Shown one piece after another: positions 50,743-60,064 of a stretch of 64,000 nt of DNA. This DNA comes from Nitrospirota bacterium. GTDB taxonomy: Bacteria; Nitrospirota; UBA9217. The stretch covers positions 832,001-896,000 of the forward strand of contig CAWFSF010000006.1 of NCBI GenBank assembly GCA_963818475.1, written 5' to 3'. Position 1 is the stretch's first letter. Every line of letters begins with the position of its first letter. The translations under genes were made by a program, and so were the position numbers. The notes under the pieces were generated by a model, which was not told where the DNA came from, made no database searches, and saw only the letters and a list, made by a program, of their open reading frames with translations.

Positions 50743-51019
50743 CCAATAGTTCCCAAAGTTGGCCCGATGCACAAACTGGTGTTAGTGGGGCGTAGATCAG
50801 GAGAAGGGCAGCTGGAACATTATTTCCCCAGAGTGAACGCCTCATCCAGCTTGACCGAAGGTATCAAGAAATCCACGGATGATTTGCTTTCCAGCTATGC
50901 GATGGGTATTTGGTCAGCCGTACGGGGTCATAACTGTCGGCATGTCCTCCCATTATTCGTCAAACATCGCGTTTCCTCCTTTACCGATCGATGTATCTCC
51001 TTAAAACCCGAAAAAACAC

Positions 51020-51067
51020 CACCTGTCAGTTCTGACAGGTGACAAGTGCTAAAAATATTCATATAAT
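51020..51067 (+). promoter_or_regulatory. lux-box-like site 6 plus sigma70 promoter
   Basis: ACCTGTCAGTTCTGACAGGT (51021-51040), GTGACA, 17 bp, TATAAT (51062-51067). Confidence 0.8.
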
Positions 51068-51123
51068 ATTTAATATTGCACTAATCATCTTGATCTGTTC
51101 TCGCGGGCCCTCATTCAACGCGT

Positions 51124-51492
51124 ATGCGCACCTTACTCCTGGTAGAAGACAGTGCTCCTCTCCGCAAGACGCTCCAATCCATCCTGGAGGCGTCGGGTTT
51201 TAGCGTCATCGCGTGCAGCGACGGGCAGGTGGCCATCGAACAGGCGAGTCACCGGGACGTCGACGTAATGCTCGTCGATTACCGCATGCCCGGCCCCAGC
51301 GGGGCCGAGGTCACAAAAATCATACGAGAACGCCATCCTCGGGCCTGTATCATCGGGATGAGCCTTGAGGACCGGAAAAACAGCTTTCTTGCCGCAGGCG
51401 CAGACGACTTTTTGTTGAAGCCTTTCGCCATCGGGGATGTCATCAGGATCGCAGAAACCTGTGTTTTTCAACAGGAAGGCATCGGCAAGTAA
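51124..51492 (+). CDS. Single-domain response regulator
   Basis: LLVED, VDYRMP, AGADDFLLKPF. Confidence 0.88.
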   Translation: MRTLLLVEDSAPLRKTLQSILEASGFSVIACSDGQVAIEQASHRDVDVMLVDYRMPGPSGAEVTKIIRERHPRACIIGMSLEDRKNSFLAAGADDFLLKPFAIGDVIRIAETCVFQQEGIGK

Positions 51493-51546
51493 TCTTTTGG
51501 CGTGTCATTCACAAGTGATTAACCCTAACCGATAAGGAGGCAAGCC

Positions 51547-52752
51547 ATGGGAAAGAAAATCTTTTGTACGTTCGCCGTTCTGGTACTTGCATTTTGTTTT
51601 GTCCGTAGTTCTTATGGAGAATACACGCTCACATTAAATGTTCCCCTCTACGGACAGGACACGGGATACTATTGCGGTGCGGCAAGTTCGCAGATGATCA
51701 TGATGGGGTACCCGAGTCTTGCAAGCCGACAATGTTATACCCAGGATTTCATTTACAATGCCATTCAGGCAACTAAGCAGGACAACGGGTTTTATACCGA
51801 TCCTGATGGTTTGAGAGACACCCTCATGAATCTTAATCCACCGCCGGCGGCAGGACACTTTAGCCTATTCAGCAATGCAAACCGCGATACAATAATGCAT
51901 GACATGCTTTACTGGATGTCGATACGAAGCTACCCTTCAGCCGCGCTCATTAATGGCGGCGCGCATTGGGTCGTAATTACCGGGTTTCAGACAGACATTA
52001 ATCCGCAAACAGGAAACGCGGTTCTACAGTCCATAGATGTCAACGATCCCGCTCCGGCAGACATCGCCCCGCATGACAACCCCTGTACAACAGCGAATGA
52101 GGGCAATGAGGGTGGGACCATAAGACATGTCACTGGTGCATCCTGGTTCAGCAATGACTGGCAAAATCCCAACGGATACGGCACCAAATGGCTCAATCAG
52201 TATGTTGCCGTCGTAGAGCCGCCCTCGGTGAAAGGAAGCATAACCGCAAAACAGGAGGTAGAAAAAGGCGAGGTCATATCTGCCGAGGAGGCTTTGAAAC
52301 TGTCCCTACGGCATGTAAAAGAACGAAAACTTGCCGAAAGAAAGGAGTTCAGGTACCTCAGCAAGACCAGGCCGACAAGGGCGCTGCTCGTAAACAAACG
52401 ACACAAAGGATACTATATCGTCCCATTCGAGGACGAAAACAGGCGCGCGCCGCTGGCCGTCTTACTGAACGCATATACGGGAGATTTTCAGGAAATCGGC
52501 GCATTTCGCCACCCCATCGAATATCTTTCGCAGCAGGAGGCTGTCGACATCGCTGTGTGTTCCATTCGGAAGAAGCCCGCTCGACGACCTGTCGTGGAAC
52601 TAGAGTATGCCGTTTCGGAACAGATGAAGAGCCGCTATCGGCCGTTGTGGAAGGTGACAATGGCAGAGGAAAAGACCCCGATCATTCGTTACATTTCCCA
52701 GCTTGGAGAGGTATTTACTGAAGTTACTCCGGTACCGATCGGCGGCGACTAG
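51547..52752 (+). CDS. Exported C39-like (papain-fold) cysteine peptidase
   Basis: Signal peptide; VPLYGQ....CGAAS, HWVVITG and VNDP catalytic pattern. Confidence 0.75.
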   Translation: MGKKIFCTFAVLVLAFCFVRSSYGEYTLTLNVPLYGQDTGYYCGAASSQMIMMGYPSLASRQCYTQDFIYNAIQATKQDNGFYTDPDGLRDTLMNLNPPPAAGHFSLFSNANRDTIMHDMLYWMSIRSYPSAALINGGAHWVVITGFQTDINPQTGNAVLQSIDVNDPAPADIAPHDNPCTTANEGNEGGTIRHVTGASWFSNDWQNPNGYGTKWLNQYVAVVEPPSVKGSITAKQEVEKGEVISAEEALKLSLRHVKERKLAERKEFRYLSKTRPTRALLVNKRHKGYYIVPFEDENRRAPLAVLLNAYTGDFQEIGAFRHPIEYLSQQEAVDIAVCSIRKKPARRPVVELEYAVSEQMKSRYRPLWKVTMAEEKTPIIRYISQLGEVFTEVTPVPIGGD

Positions 52753-52888
52753 CCGGATAACCTCACTCGGGTCGCGGAAAGTAGGTTAGGCTGTCTGGCT
52801 CAGGCTATGTGGACAACCTCCAGATCGTTCTTCCAATCTAATGGACCCCTGTGCCGCCCAGATGCATTTTTTAAACGTGAGGTAAACC

Positions 52889-54121
52889 ATGGTTCCTGAT
52901 GAGAGCGAGAATGGGAGCGGCGTTTTGAACGCGATCGCCGATCCTGTATTGATCATAGACAAGGACTTCAAGCTCGTTTTTGCAAACAATGCGGCGCTCG
53001 ATCTTTGGAGCGTGAGCCGCGACCAGGTCCTCGGCAAAGAATGCCGCGACCTGTCCCCCCGCTGCATCCTGCCCTGTGCGCCGGATAACTGCCCGCATCA
53101 GGAGGTCTTCGCGACGAACAGGCCGCTGCAGGTCAAGCGTACATTCTGCTGCACGGACGGAAATGAGAAGATATTCAGCATGACTGCCTCGCCGTTTACG
53201 GACGCCGACGGCAAGGTCGTCCGGATGATCGAGGTGCTGCGCGATATTACCGAGGCGGAAAATGCGGCGAAGGCCCTGCAAAAGGGCGAGGCGCCCATCA
53301 CGAAAGTACGGATGCTCGAAGAGCAGCTGCTGCATGCCCATAAGATGGCGGCCATGGGCACGCTCGCCGGAGGCATTGCGCATGATTTCAACAATATCCT
53401 GTTCGCGATCATCGGCTATGGCAGCCTCATCCAGATGACGCTGAAGCCCGATGATCCCTCCCTGCCTCATCTGAAGGAAATGCTCGATGCCGGGGAACGG
53501 GCGGCAAGGCTTACGCGGGGGCTTCTTGCGTTCAGCAGGAAAGGGTCGATGGGTCTGAGGGCAGTGAAGGTCACCGACCTCATTGGGGACTTCAGAAATA
53601 TGCTCGAGCGGATCATCGGCGAAGACATCGAGTTTCGCGTCGCAGCCGACCCCGACCCGGGAGAGCTGATCGTTCAGGCCGATACGGGCCAGATCGAACA
53701 GGTGTTGATGAACCTTGCCGCGAACGCACGGGACGCCATGCCGCGCGGAGGGACGCTGACCATAGAAACGGAACGCGTGACCATGGACAGCGGCTTCATC
53801 GCGCTGCACGGCTTCGGCCAGCCGGGCAGCTATGCCGCGATCGTTGTCACGGACACGGGCACGGGAATGGCCGATGCGACCAGGAGGAGGATCTTTGAGC
53901 CCTACTTTACCACCAAGGAACCGGGAAAGGGCACCGGGCTCGGTCTCTCCATAGCGTTCGGCATCGTCAAGCAGCATAGTGGCTTTCTCGAATGTCAAAG
54001 CGAACCGGGGAAGGGGACGACGTTCACGATCTATCTCCCTGTTGCAGCCGCGGCTGAACAATCCTTCTCCCAATCAAAGTTGCGAGACACACGACAAAAG
54101 CGATGTAAAACTCTGATTTGA
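52889..54121 (+). CDS. Cytoplasmic PAS sensor histidine kinase
   Basis: Cys-rich PAS, LAGGIAHDFNN, MNLAANARDAM, FTTKEPGKGTGLGL. Confidence 0.92.
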   Translation: MVPDESENGSGVLNAIADPVLIIDKDFKLVFANNAALDLWSVSRDQVLGKECRDLSPRCILPCAPDNCPHQEVFATNRPLQVKRTFCCTDGNEKIFSMTASPFTDADGKVVRMIEVLRDITEAENAAKALQKGEAPITKVRMLEEQLLHAHKMAAMGTLAGGIAHDFNNILFAIIGYGSLIQMTLKPDDPSLPHLKEMLDAGERAARLTRGLLAFSRKGSMGLRAVKVTDLIGDFRNMLERIIGEDIEFRVAADPDPGELIVQADTGQIEQVLMNLAANARDAMPRGGTLTIETERVTMDSGFIALHGFGQPGSYAAIVVTDTGTGMADATRRRIFEPYFTTKEPGKGTGLGLSIAFGIVKQHSGFLECQSEPGKGTTFTIYLPVAAAAEQSFSQSKLRDTRQKRCKTLI

Positions 54122-54285
54122 GACGACTATATTTTTAAGGCGTGTGGATAACTTCCGGTTACTCCCTCTGATTTAAAAAAATCCTTCATTTTGTAAACAA
54201 ACATCAACTTATCAATGAATTACGTTGCGATGCCTCATTGGAATCCAGGCTGCATTGCCTATAAATAGGCTTGCTGCGTCTGATA

Positions 54286-54350
54286 GCTACCGGGGAAAAA
54301 GTGCGAAAAATTAGGGATTCCCCGGTTGCAAAGCGGTTCTAAAGCTGTTA
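54286..54350 (+). promoter_or_regulatory. Second conserved upstream motif, copy 2 (upstream of luxR)
   Basis: Colinear 65-bp match to 43472-43536. Confidence 0.65.
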
Positions 54351-54444
54351 TTGATACTAAAGACTGAAAACAGTTTGTTGCAGCGGAGATTCTCAAGCGA
54401 GTTGTTCGAAGCAGCCGAATATCCTTCAAGGGGGCAAATCCGAT

Positions 54445-54951
54445 ATGTACGATCTGTCGAAAAAAGACGCCAACAGCCTGATCGAGATCATTCATGAGAG
54501 CCTGAACTGCAATACTTTGCACGCATTCCACCGGCTTGTCCAAAAACTTCGGCAACTGACGCCGGATAATCTCGGGATCGACTTTTCGCACAATGCGGGA
54601 GAGCATGCATCTAATGAAATCGAGCAAATCTTCCCTGGTAAAAATATCGCTGGTCCCTTCAGCCGGGCCGAAATCATAATGAATTATGCCTTGCCGCATC
54701 TTCGCCAGGCCCTTTCCCGAGTTACTAAGGAAGAAAGTCAAAAACCAACAACGATGCTCTCTTGCAGGGAGAGGGAGGTACTGCGATGGATGAGCGAAGG
54801 GAAGTGCACCTGGGACATATCCCGGATCCTGCGGATCACGGAACGGACCGTATACTATCATAGCCAGAACATCATGCATAAGCTCGAGGCGACAAGCCGT
54901 TCCCACGCGGTTTCCATCGCCCTTAAACGGGGGATCATCGAGCTTCATTGA
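54445..54951 (+). CDS. LuxR-family regulator with quorum-sensing-type HTH and shortened N-terminal domain
   Basis: REREVLRWMSEGKCTWDISRILRITERTVYYH...KL; 168 aa with no Trp or DP motif in the N-terminal region. Confidence 0.88.
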   Translation: MYDLSKKDANSLIEIIHESLNCNTLHAFHRLVQKLRQLTPDNLGIDFSHNAGEHASNEIEQIFPGKNIAGPFSRAEIIMNYALPHLRQALSRVTKEESQKPTTMLSCREREVLRWMSEGKCTWDISRILRITERTVYYHSQNIMHKLEATSRSHAVSIALKRGIIELH

Positions 54952-55233
54952 GCAACCAAACGTCAACAGTAGTGGAGCAACAACTGCACGGTCAAATTGA
55001 TCGTGCCTTTATTCGCATTATTATGCATTGGAATGCAATTTTATGATAATACCCTAAAAATACCCTGACAATATTTTTATTCATAAAAACAATGCGTTTA
55101 TCATTATTTCATAGCTGATGCTGTATGAATTTAAAAATTTAGGTTGATAAATATATAAAGTGTTGCTATAGTCGCGCACTAGTACGAAAGTATTAGCAAG
55201 TAGAATACGAATTAGACCTTGTCCCATCTTCGC

Positions 55234-55306
55234 AAGCTCGAGGCAACAAGCCGATCTCACGCAGTTGCCATCGGCCTTCAAGTGGGGGATCATCGAGTCT
55301 CATTGA
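55234..55306 (+). pseudogene. Degenerate duplicate of the luxR 3' end
   Basis: AAGCTCGAGGCAACAAGCCGATCTCACGC...GGGGATCATCGAG...CATTGA parallels 54880-54951. Confidence 0.8.
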
Positions 55307-55364
55307 AAATTTGATTATTACGTAATAAGCCGCATCGACTTTTGAGCTCTCTAACGGAGGTACT

Positions 55365-56846
55365 ATGGCCTGCAAGCTGTTCCCTTATCCGTCAGCTCGT
55401 TCTGGATCCGCGCTGATCCTGATGACCCTCATTACTGTCTTATTGGTGGCCGCACTATCCGGTTGCAGCGGCGGCAAAGGCGGCTCCATGCCGTCTCCTT
55501 CGAATGTCGGCGGAGGCTTCACGCTTGTTGCTTCCGGCGGTACATTGGATGACGGGTCAGGGGTGAACGGACTTGCGGTACTGGTGACCCTGCGGGACGA
55601 AAGCGGGAACGGACCGGCAATCCCCTGGACTCTTTCGATCACCGGGCCGGGTTTCGCTGCTCCGCTTTCGATATCTTATGATGATGGTTCCCCGTCCAGT
55701 TATATGGCCTGGTGGTGGGACAGCTTTGATCCGCAGCCCGGCAGGTATACAGCTACAGCCACGAACGGTGCCACCGTTCTTACCTATGCTTTTGAGATCA
55801 ACACCACAACCATCAATCTATCGCAGCCCACGCTGAATAAATCCGGCAGTATAATTTCCTGGAACACGGTACCCGGCGCGGGTTCCTATTATTATGAAAT
55901 GACAGACGGATCACACGCGCTTCCGATTACATCCGGTTATTTTGAATCTGACCCTCTTGTCAGCCAATATTCTTTTTCTATCCCGACCTTGGAAAATGGC
56001 AGCTATCTCGTTTCAGTCTATGCCCTGACCAATAACCGTTTTACTCTTTCTTCCGATAGTGCTTCCTGGCCTTCTCTTCCCGTGCAAAACAACGATTCTC
56101 TTGCCACGATCGATTTTGTACAAGGAGGAACGGGCTCGGGCTATGTTCTGGATGCTCGCGGAGGTGTGTTGTATGAAGGTCTGTATTCCGCGGGATCGGA
56201 GACGCCCGCTGATTATTACGGAATTGTAATCTGGACTTCGATCGTTACGACCTCTACGCCGTCGACAGCGCCGGCGGGAGACTGGAATCTGACCGTAACA
56301 GGTCCGGGAATCACGACGGCTCTGACGTTCTCCTATCCGCGGACGGATTCTCACTACATCTGGTGGGATTTCGGCACGATTCCCGCTCCGGGCACCTACA
56401 CGGTCACGGCAACGCCTGCTGCAGGCGGTTCCTCGTTAATCCAAACGTTCACGGTTCCTTCTCCGACAGCAAAATTGCCGGTTGCAACCGGACTGAGCGC
56501 AACCCCCTCAAACGGCGGCGGGGCAGCGCTAAATTGGAATACCGTTGCAGGCGCGAATTCCTATTACGTAAACATTTGGACGTGCGTGGGGACCGGAAGT
56601 GTCAATACTGAGACTGGTTGTACAAATGAGGGAACGTATTCGGAAATTGCCGGCGGCTGGAGCAATTCAACGTCCCTCACGATCTCGAACGGCAGCTTGA
56701 CAAAAGGCCTTGTGTATGACCTGTACGTGACCGCTTCGGAACTCGATATGATGGACATGAATTCCGTGCCGGTTCCCGTCAGCCCCGGATCGCAGGTCAA
56801 TATGTCGGATACCACGTTCACCTATACGACCTTTACCGCGTTATAA
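55365..56846 (+). CDS. Surface lipoprotein with two internally repeated beta-rich/FN3-like modules
   Basis: LSGC lipobox; duplicated W.L.ITGPG...WWD....PG.YT.TAT and WNTV.GA.SYY motifs. Confidence 0.75.
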   Translation: MACKLFPYPSARSGSALILMTLITVLLVAALSGCSGGKGGSMPSPSNVGGGFTLVASGGTLDDGSGVNGLAVLVTLRDESGNGPAIPWTLSITGPGFAAPLSISYDDGSPSSYMAWWWDSFDPQPGRYTATATNGATVLTYAFEINTTTINLSQPTLNKSGSIISWNTVPGAGSYYYEMTDGSHALPITSGYFESDPLVSQYSFSIPTLENGSYLVSVYALTNNRFTLSSDSASWPSLPVQNNDSLATIDFVQGGTGSGYVLDARGGVLYEGLYSAGSETPADYYGIVIWTSIVTTSTPSTAPAGDWNLTVTGPGITTALTFSYPRTDSHYIWWDFGTIPAPGTYTVTATPAAGGSSLIQTFTVPSPTAKLPVATGLSATPSNGGGAALNWNTVAGANSYYVNIWTCVGTGSVNTETGCTNEGTYSEIAGGWSNSTSLTISNGSLTKGLVYDLYVTASELDMMDMNSVPVPVSPGSQVNMSDTTFTYTTFTAL

Positions 56847-56915
56847 GACTCTTCCCTTCCCCTTCAAAGGAGGGGTTAGGGGAGGGGGCGTACCAAAATT
56901 CAAGGAGGACCCGGA

Positions 56916-58574
56916 ATGAAAGCGTCGATAGCAAAAATACTTCTCCTTCTTCTGCTGGTATCTTTAACAGCGTGCGGAGGCGGAGGAGGCGGGCTTTCTG
57001 GAGGCGGCGGCTCAGAGGATACTATCGCACCTTCTGTTCCCACCGGTTTGGTTGCGACGGCGAATTCCACGAGCCAAATTACCCTTACATGGAACGCCTC
57101 CACTGATGATGTGGGTGTTGCCGGGTATGACGTTGAGAATGGAATCTTCGTTACAAACACGAGCGAGGTACTTACAAATCTTGCGCCCAGTACACAGTAC
57201 TGCTTTAGCGTAAAAGCACGCGACGCTGCTTATAATTATTCCTCCTCCAGCGCACAAGTCTGTGCCAGCACGCTCAATCCCACCGGCTGGAGTCCCGCGA
57301 TCCAACTCGGCGAACGGAGGGATTCCTTGGATTACGACCTTTATTCCCCGCGCGCTGCCTTGAATGACAGTAATGCGGGTATCGCTGTCTGGGATGACAG
57401 CTATAGGTACTTCCCGTACATAGGACGCATAGTAGCGAACGTCTACAGGAATGGAAGCTGGGGAACGCCTGTCATTATTTCCCGTGATCTGCCGAGCTCG
57501 CACACGCCCAGTCTGGCAATGAATGCGAACGGGAATGGCGCGGCTGTCTGGTCGATGGCGACCAGCACTACCACGGACATAGGGATTGGGGCCAGCCTCT
57601 ATACAGCTGCGACAAACTCCTGGTCAGCCCCGGTCAGGATATGCGATCCGTTCACCGGTTATTTTTCAGCCCCCAAAGCTGCCATGGATTCATTAGGCAA
57701 TGTCGTTGCTATCTGGCTGTATGAGGGGGACGTATGGACAAGCCGCTATAGCGGCAGTGCATGGAGCAGCCCCGAGCTGCTGAGCAGCGGGACGAACTAC
57801 GTGTATTCAGCGGAGCTGAAGATCGGCGGCGATAATAATGCATTCGTGGTCTATTCCGAGGAGACCAGCCCCGGCTTATCTAGTTCAAACATTTTTGCAC
57901 GAATTTACACGGCATCAACCGCCACGTGGGGCACGTCTTCGACCCTGATCGGCAAACCTACCGTCACAACCGATGACGCAGCCAATCCCGTTATTTCAGT
58001 CTATGCGAACGGCGATGCGGTCGTGGCATGGGAAATGACTCATTACAACGGTTCCGCCTATGAATACTCCATCGCGGCCAATTTTTACAGCAGCCTTCTC
58101 TCCTGGCAGACAGCGACGAACGTGACGGCCAGTACAACTGCGTACAAGGAGTTTCCCGCTGTTGCCATCGATGGAACGGGCAATGCTTTTGTCGGGTGGC
58201 AGGAGAACTTATTCCCCGACAGGCAGGGATGGATGAGCAGGTATGATTCCGGTGCAAAAACGTGGAGCCCTGCCGAGCGGTTCGATACAGATGACATATA
58301 TTACGATATCTCGGATATCGCGATCGATGTCGACGGAAACGGAAACGCCCTCTTCGCCTATCGCCAGGGACGGGTGCACACGCGCTGGTACATGACAGCA
58401 TCGGGATGGGCTGCTACGGCATGGACACCGGTCCCGTCCGACTTTGATAATGCTCCCGGATTCAGTCTCGATGTCAACAACACGGGCAATGCTCTCGTGG
58501 TTACGCGTGAGATGGTCAGGGACTACGTGGGGACGTCATGGACGCCTTTCGCAAACCATTATACGAAACCGTAA
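56916..58574 (+). CDS. Lipoprotein with FN3 domain and repeated beta-propeller-like blades
   Basis: LTAC lipobox, Gly linker, DTIAPSVPTGL...WNASTDDVGVAGY, repeated D..GNA..VW. Confidence 0.8.
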   Translation: MKASIAKILLLLLLVSLTACGGGGGGLSGGGGSEDTIAPSVPTGLVATANSTSQITLTWNASTDDVGVAGYDVENGIFVTNTSEVLTNLAPSTQYCFSVKARDAAYNYSSSSAQVCASTLNPTGWSPAIQLGERRDSLDYDLYSPRAALNDSNAGIAVWDDSYRYFPYIGRIVANVYRNGSWGTPVIISRDLPSSHTPSLAMNANGNGAAVWSMATSTTTDIGIGASLYTAATNSWSAPVRICDPFTGYFSAPKAAMDSLGNVVAIWLYEGDVWTSRYSGSAWSSPELLSSGTNYVYSAELKIGGDNNAFVVYSEETSPGLSSSNIFARIYTASTATWGTSSTLIGKPTVTTDDAANPVISVYANGDAVVAWEMTHYNGSAYEYSIAANFYSSLLSWQTATNVTASTTAYKEFPAVAIDGTGNAFVGWQENLFPDRQGWMSRYDSGAKTWSPAERFDTDDIYYDISDIAIDVDGNGNALFAYRQGRVHTRWYMTASGWAATAWTPVPSDFDNAPGFSLDVNNTGNALVVTREMVRDYVGTSWTPFANHYTKP

Positions 58575-58600
58575 AACGGACCAAACAATTGGAGACCGCC

Positions 58601-60064
58601 ATGCAAACTAACAGATCTCGCTGGATCAAGTGGACGGAATTGTTCTTTGTCATGCTCCTTCTGGCAGCCTGCAGCAGCGGAGGCGGAAGCCAGAGCGCAA
58701 GCGACAGCGGAGGATCGTCAGACAAACTGAGAAGTGACGGCACGTGGACCCAGGTCAGCGGGGCGACTACTGCTGATCAGCTCGGGACCTACGGCACGAA
58801 GAGTGTACCGGCATCCTCCAACATGCCCGGCGCCCGCTTTTCCTCGATGTCGTGGACCGATGGGAGCGGAAATTTGTGGCTCTTCGGCGGCGGATATTTC
58901 GATTCCGAAAGCAAGCTTCACTATCTGAACGACCTCTGGAAATTCGATCGCGGCAGCCGCGAGTGGACATGGGTGAGCGGGTCCGATACCCCGGACCAAT
59001 GGGGGACCTACGGCACAAAGGGCACTGCCACTGTAGACAATGTCCCGGGCGGGCGCTATGCAGCCGTCTCCTGGATCGACGGGACCGGCAACCTTTGGCT
59101 GTTCGGCGGCACCGGGTTCGACGCATCCGGCAACGATGACGCTCTCAACGATCTTTGGAAATTCGATCCGGTCACCCGCAACTGGACCTGGGTGAGCGGT
59201 TCGGACACGGTCGGCCAGATGGGAACCTACGGCGACAAAGGCGTGGCGGCTCCGACGAATGTACCGGGCGCCCGTGACCAGGCAGTCTCCGGGATCGATG
59301 CGAACGGGATTTTCTGGCTCTTCGGCGGTTTCGGCTACGATTCGAGCACGTTCGGCGGGCATCTCAATGACCTCTGGAAGTTCGATCCAACGAGCGGCAA
59401 CTGGACCTGGGTTAACGGAGCAAAGACCGGCGACCAGCGGGGAAATTACGGCACAAAAGGCACGGCGGACAGCGCCAATGTCCCGGGAGGACGTGATGGG
59501 GCCTTCTTCTGGATCGACAGCAGCGGCACTCTGTGGCTTTTCGGCGGGTATGGCCTCGACTCCAGCCCGATCGGCACGCCGGGTCCTCTGAATGACCTTT
59601 GGAAATTTGACGGCACCAACTGGACGTGGGTGAGCGGGGGGAATCTCATCTCGCAATATGGCTCTTACGGATCGAGAGGCTTCTCATCTGCTTCGAATGT
59701 TCCCGGATCGCGCAATGGCGGAGTATCCTGGATCGACGGTAACGGCAGCCTGTGGCTTTTCGGCGGATACGGTTACGCGAGCCGGCCTAGTGGCGGGGCC
59801 CTGAACGATCTGTGGAAATTCAATCCGGTCAGCGGCGAATGGATCTGGGTGAGCGGAGCCAGCTCCGGCAATCAGTCCGGTTCAGGCACGGTGCCCGGAT
59901 CGCGCATGTACACGCCTGCGTCCTGGATCGATGCGAACGGAAACTTATGGCTGTTCGGAGGATATGGTTTCGACTCCGCCGGCACACTTGGCTGCCTTAA
60001 CGATCTGTGGCGCGCTGCTGTCACTACTCACTGGGTGTGGTGGGCCGCTCCTTCCGTCCTTTGA
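58601..60064 (+). CDS. Kelch-repeat lipoprotein
   Basis: LAAC lipobox; six repeats of PG.R....WID..GNLWLFGG...LNDLW. Confidence 0.9.
   Translation: MQTNRSRWIKWTELFFVMLLLAACSSGGGSQSASDSGGSSDKLRSDGTWTQVSGATTADQLGTYGTKSVPASSNMPGARFSSMSWTDGSGNLWLFGGGYFDSESKLHYLNDLWKFDRGSREWTWVSGSDTPDQWGTYGTKGTATVDNVPGGRYAAVSWIDGTGNLWLFGGTGFDASGNDDALNDLWKFDPVTRNWTWVSGSDTVGQMGTYGDKGVAAPTNVPGARDQAVSGIDANGIFWLFGGFGYDSSTFGGHLNDLWKFDPTSGNWTWVNGAKTGDQRGNYGTKGTADSANVPGGRDGAFFWIDSSGTLWLFGGYGLDSSPIGTPGPLNDLWKFDGTNWTWVSGGNLISQYGSYGSRGFSSASNVPGSRNGGVSWIDGNGSLWLFGGYGYASRPSGGALNDLWKFNPVSGEWIWVSGASSGNQSGSGTVPGSRMYTPASWIDANGNLWLFGGYGFDSAGTLGCLNDLWRAAVTTHWVWWAAPSVL

Noticed and set aside
20725-51040. The ACCTGTC..GACAGGT palindromes as attC sites or transposon ends
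   Set aside because: No GTTRRRY cores or integron integrase; the fixed -35/17 bp/-10 geometry upstream of genes fits regulator sites better.
58601-60064. DNA repeats of about 170-180 bp as a non-coding array
   Set aside because: They are in-frame Kelch protein repeats.
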